Below, piece by piece: positions 63,872 to 64,000 of a stretch of DNA of 64,000 bases. Each line of letters starts with the position of its first letter. The stretch's first letter is position 1. Location: NCBI GenBank assembly GCA_964645405.1, contig CAZYCA010000044.1, positions 256,044 through 320,043 on the forward strand, given 5' to 3'. Made by a program: the position numbers and the translations under genes. Origin of the DNA: an uncultured bacterium (GTDB lineage: Bacteria > Ratteibacteria > UBA8468 > B48-G9 > DSTR01). The notes beneath the pieces are model-generated. The model was not told where the DNA came from, made no database searches, and saw only the letters and a list, made by a program, of their open reading frames with translations.

Positions 63872-64000
63872 TGGACACAGCGGCTGTAACCGGATTCCTT
63901 GTCTGGACCCTCGTACTCAATACACCACACACCTTTATAGTGGTTATTCTGGAGAGCAGAAATAGCGTCTTTCAAAGGAATTTCACCTTCACCCAGTACC
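63850..64000 (-). CDS. sugar phosphate isomerase/epimerase-like protein, C-terminal 49 codons; the N-terminus lies beyond the window edge
   Basis: Minus-strand translation gives LGEGEIPLKDAISALQNNHYKGVWCIEYEGPDKESGYSRCVQWLRKNI, then a stop at 63852-63850. This resembles the C-terminal strand of xylose-isomerase-like TIM barrels. The short fragment makes the assignment tentative. Confidence 0.5.
   Translation of the reverse strand, partial: VLGEGEIPLKDAISALQNNHYKGVWCIEYEGPDKESGYSRCVQWLRKNI

Noticed and set aside
1-64000. Search for mobile elements, prophage, CRISPR-Cas, toxin-antitoxin or defence islands
   Set aside because: No transposase, integrase, recombinase, cas or phage-structural signatures were seen in any frame. 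No long direct or inverted repeats flank any segment. The tRNA genes are not followed by integrase genes.

Overview
This 64 kb window is almost entirely core chromosome of a diderm, rod-shaped, probably uncultivated bacterium. Coding density is high and genes lie in long co-directional operons. I see no rRNA, CRISPR array, transposase, integrase, prophage or recognisable defence island.

Recognisable gene blocks:
- mnmE plus an M48 lipoprotein
- pfkB-lptD-rph-rdgB followed by tRNA-Met
- Mut7-C RNase, the AmmeMemoRadiSam genes and sixA
- a fused sugar kinase/GalU-like gene divergent from rfbB
- tolQ-tolR-tolB-pal plus a LysM coiled-coil lipoprotein
- pilD, a hypothetical gene, recG, a GT2 gene and pcm
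- mreBCD-mrdA-rodA plus a radical SAM gene
- kduD and a nucleotidyltransferase
- tsaE, a UroD-like gene, a ROK kinase, fmt and lysC
- tig-clpP-lon and an aminotransferase
- one 16-gene minus-strand run: rnfB-like, truA, murB, ddl, ftsQAZ, a 4-gene sugar module, rpsI, argC, gmhB, lpdA, lipA
- a second UroD-like gene, a Cas4-like nuclease and an NSS transporter

Features absent from the supplied ORF track that I could support by hand:
- six tRNAs (Ala-GGC, Met-CAU, Lys-UUU, Glu-UUC, Tyr-GUA, Gly-UCC)
- a ~166 nt RNA with a 6S-type fold
- an edge-truncated M48 peptidase gene
- a 33-codon membrane micro-ORF abutting the NSS transporter stop codon
- an edge-truncated TIM-barrel gene

I found no clear-cut new multi-gene system. 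The most notable observations are:
- a recurrent (TGn)TAAAAT box 5-9 nt upstream of ATG, implying many leaderless mRNAs, including fully superimposed divergent promoter pairs
- the 6S-like RNA that shares such a promoter pair with tsaE
- signal-anchor-like N-termini on both AmmeMemoRadiSam proteins
- a GHMP-kinase/GalU-like fusion with an altered GxGTR motif
- a trigger factor lacking its PPIase domain, in a tig-clpP-lon block without clpX
- a Tol-Pal cluster without tolA
- a DUF6807 sugar module inserted where rplM would be expected
- MinD-like C-terminal motifs on a UroD-family enzyme

All family assignments come from motif recognition by eye. No searches were run.
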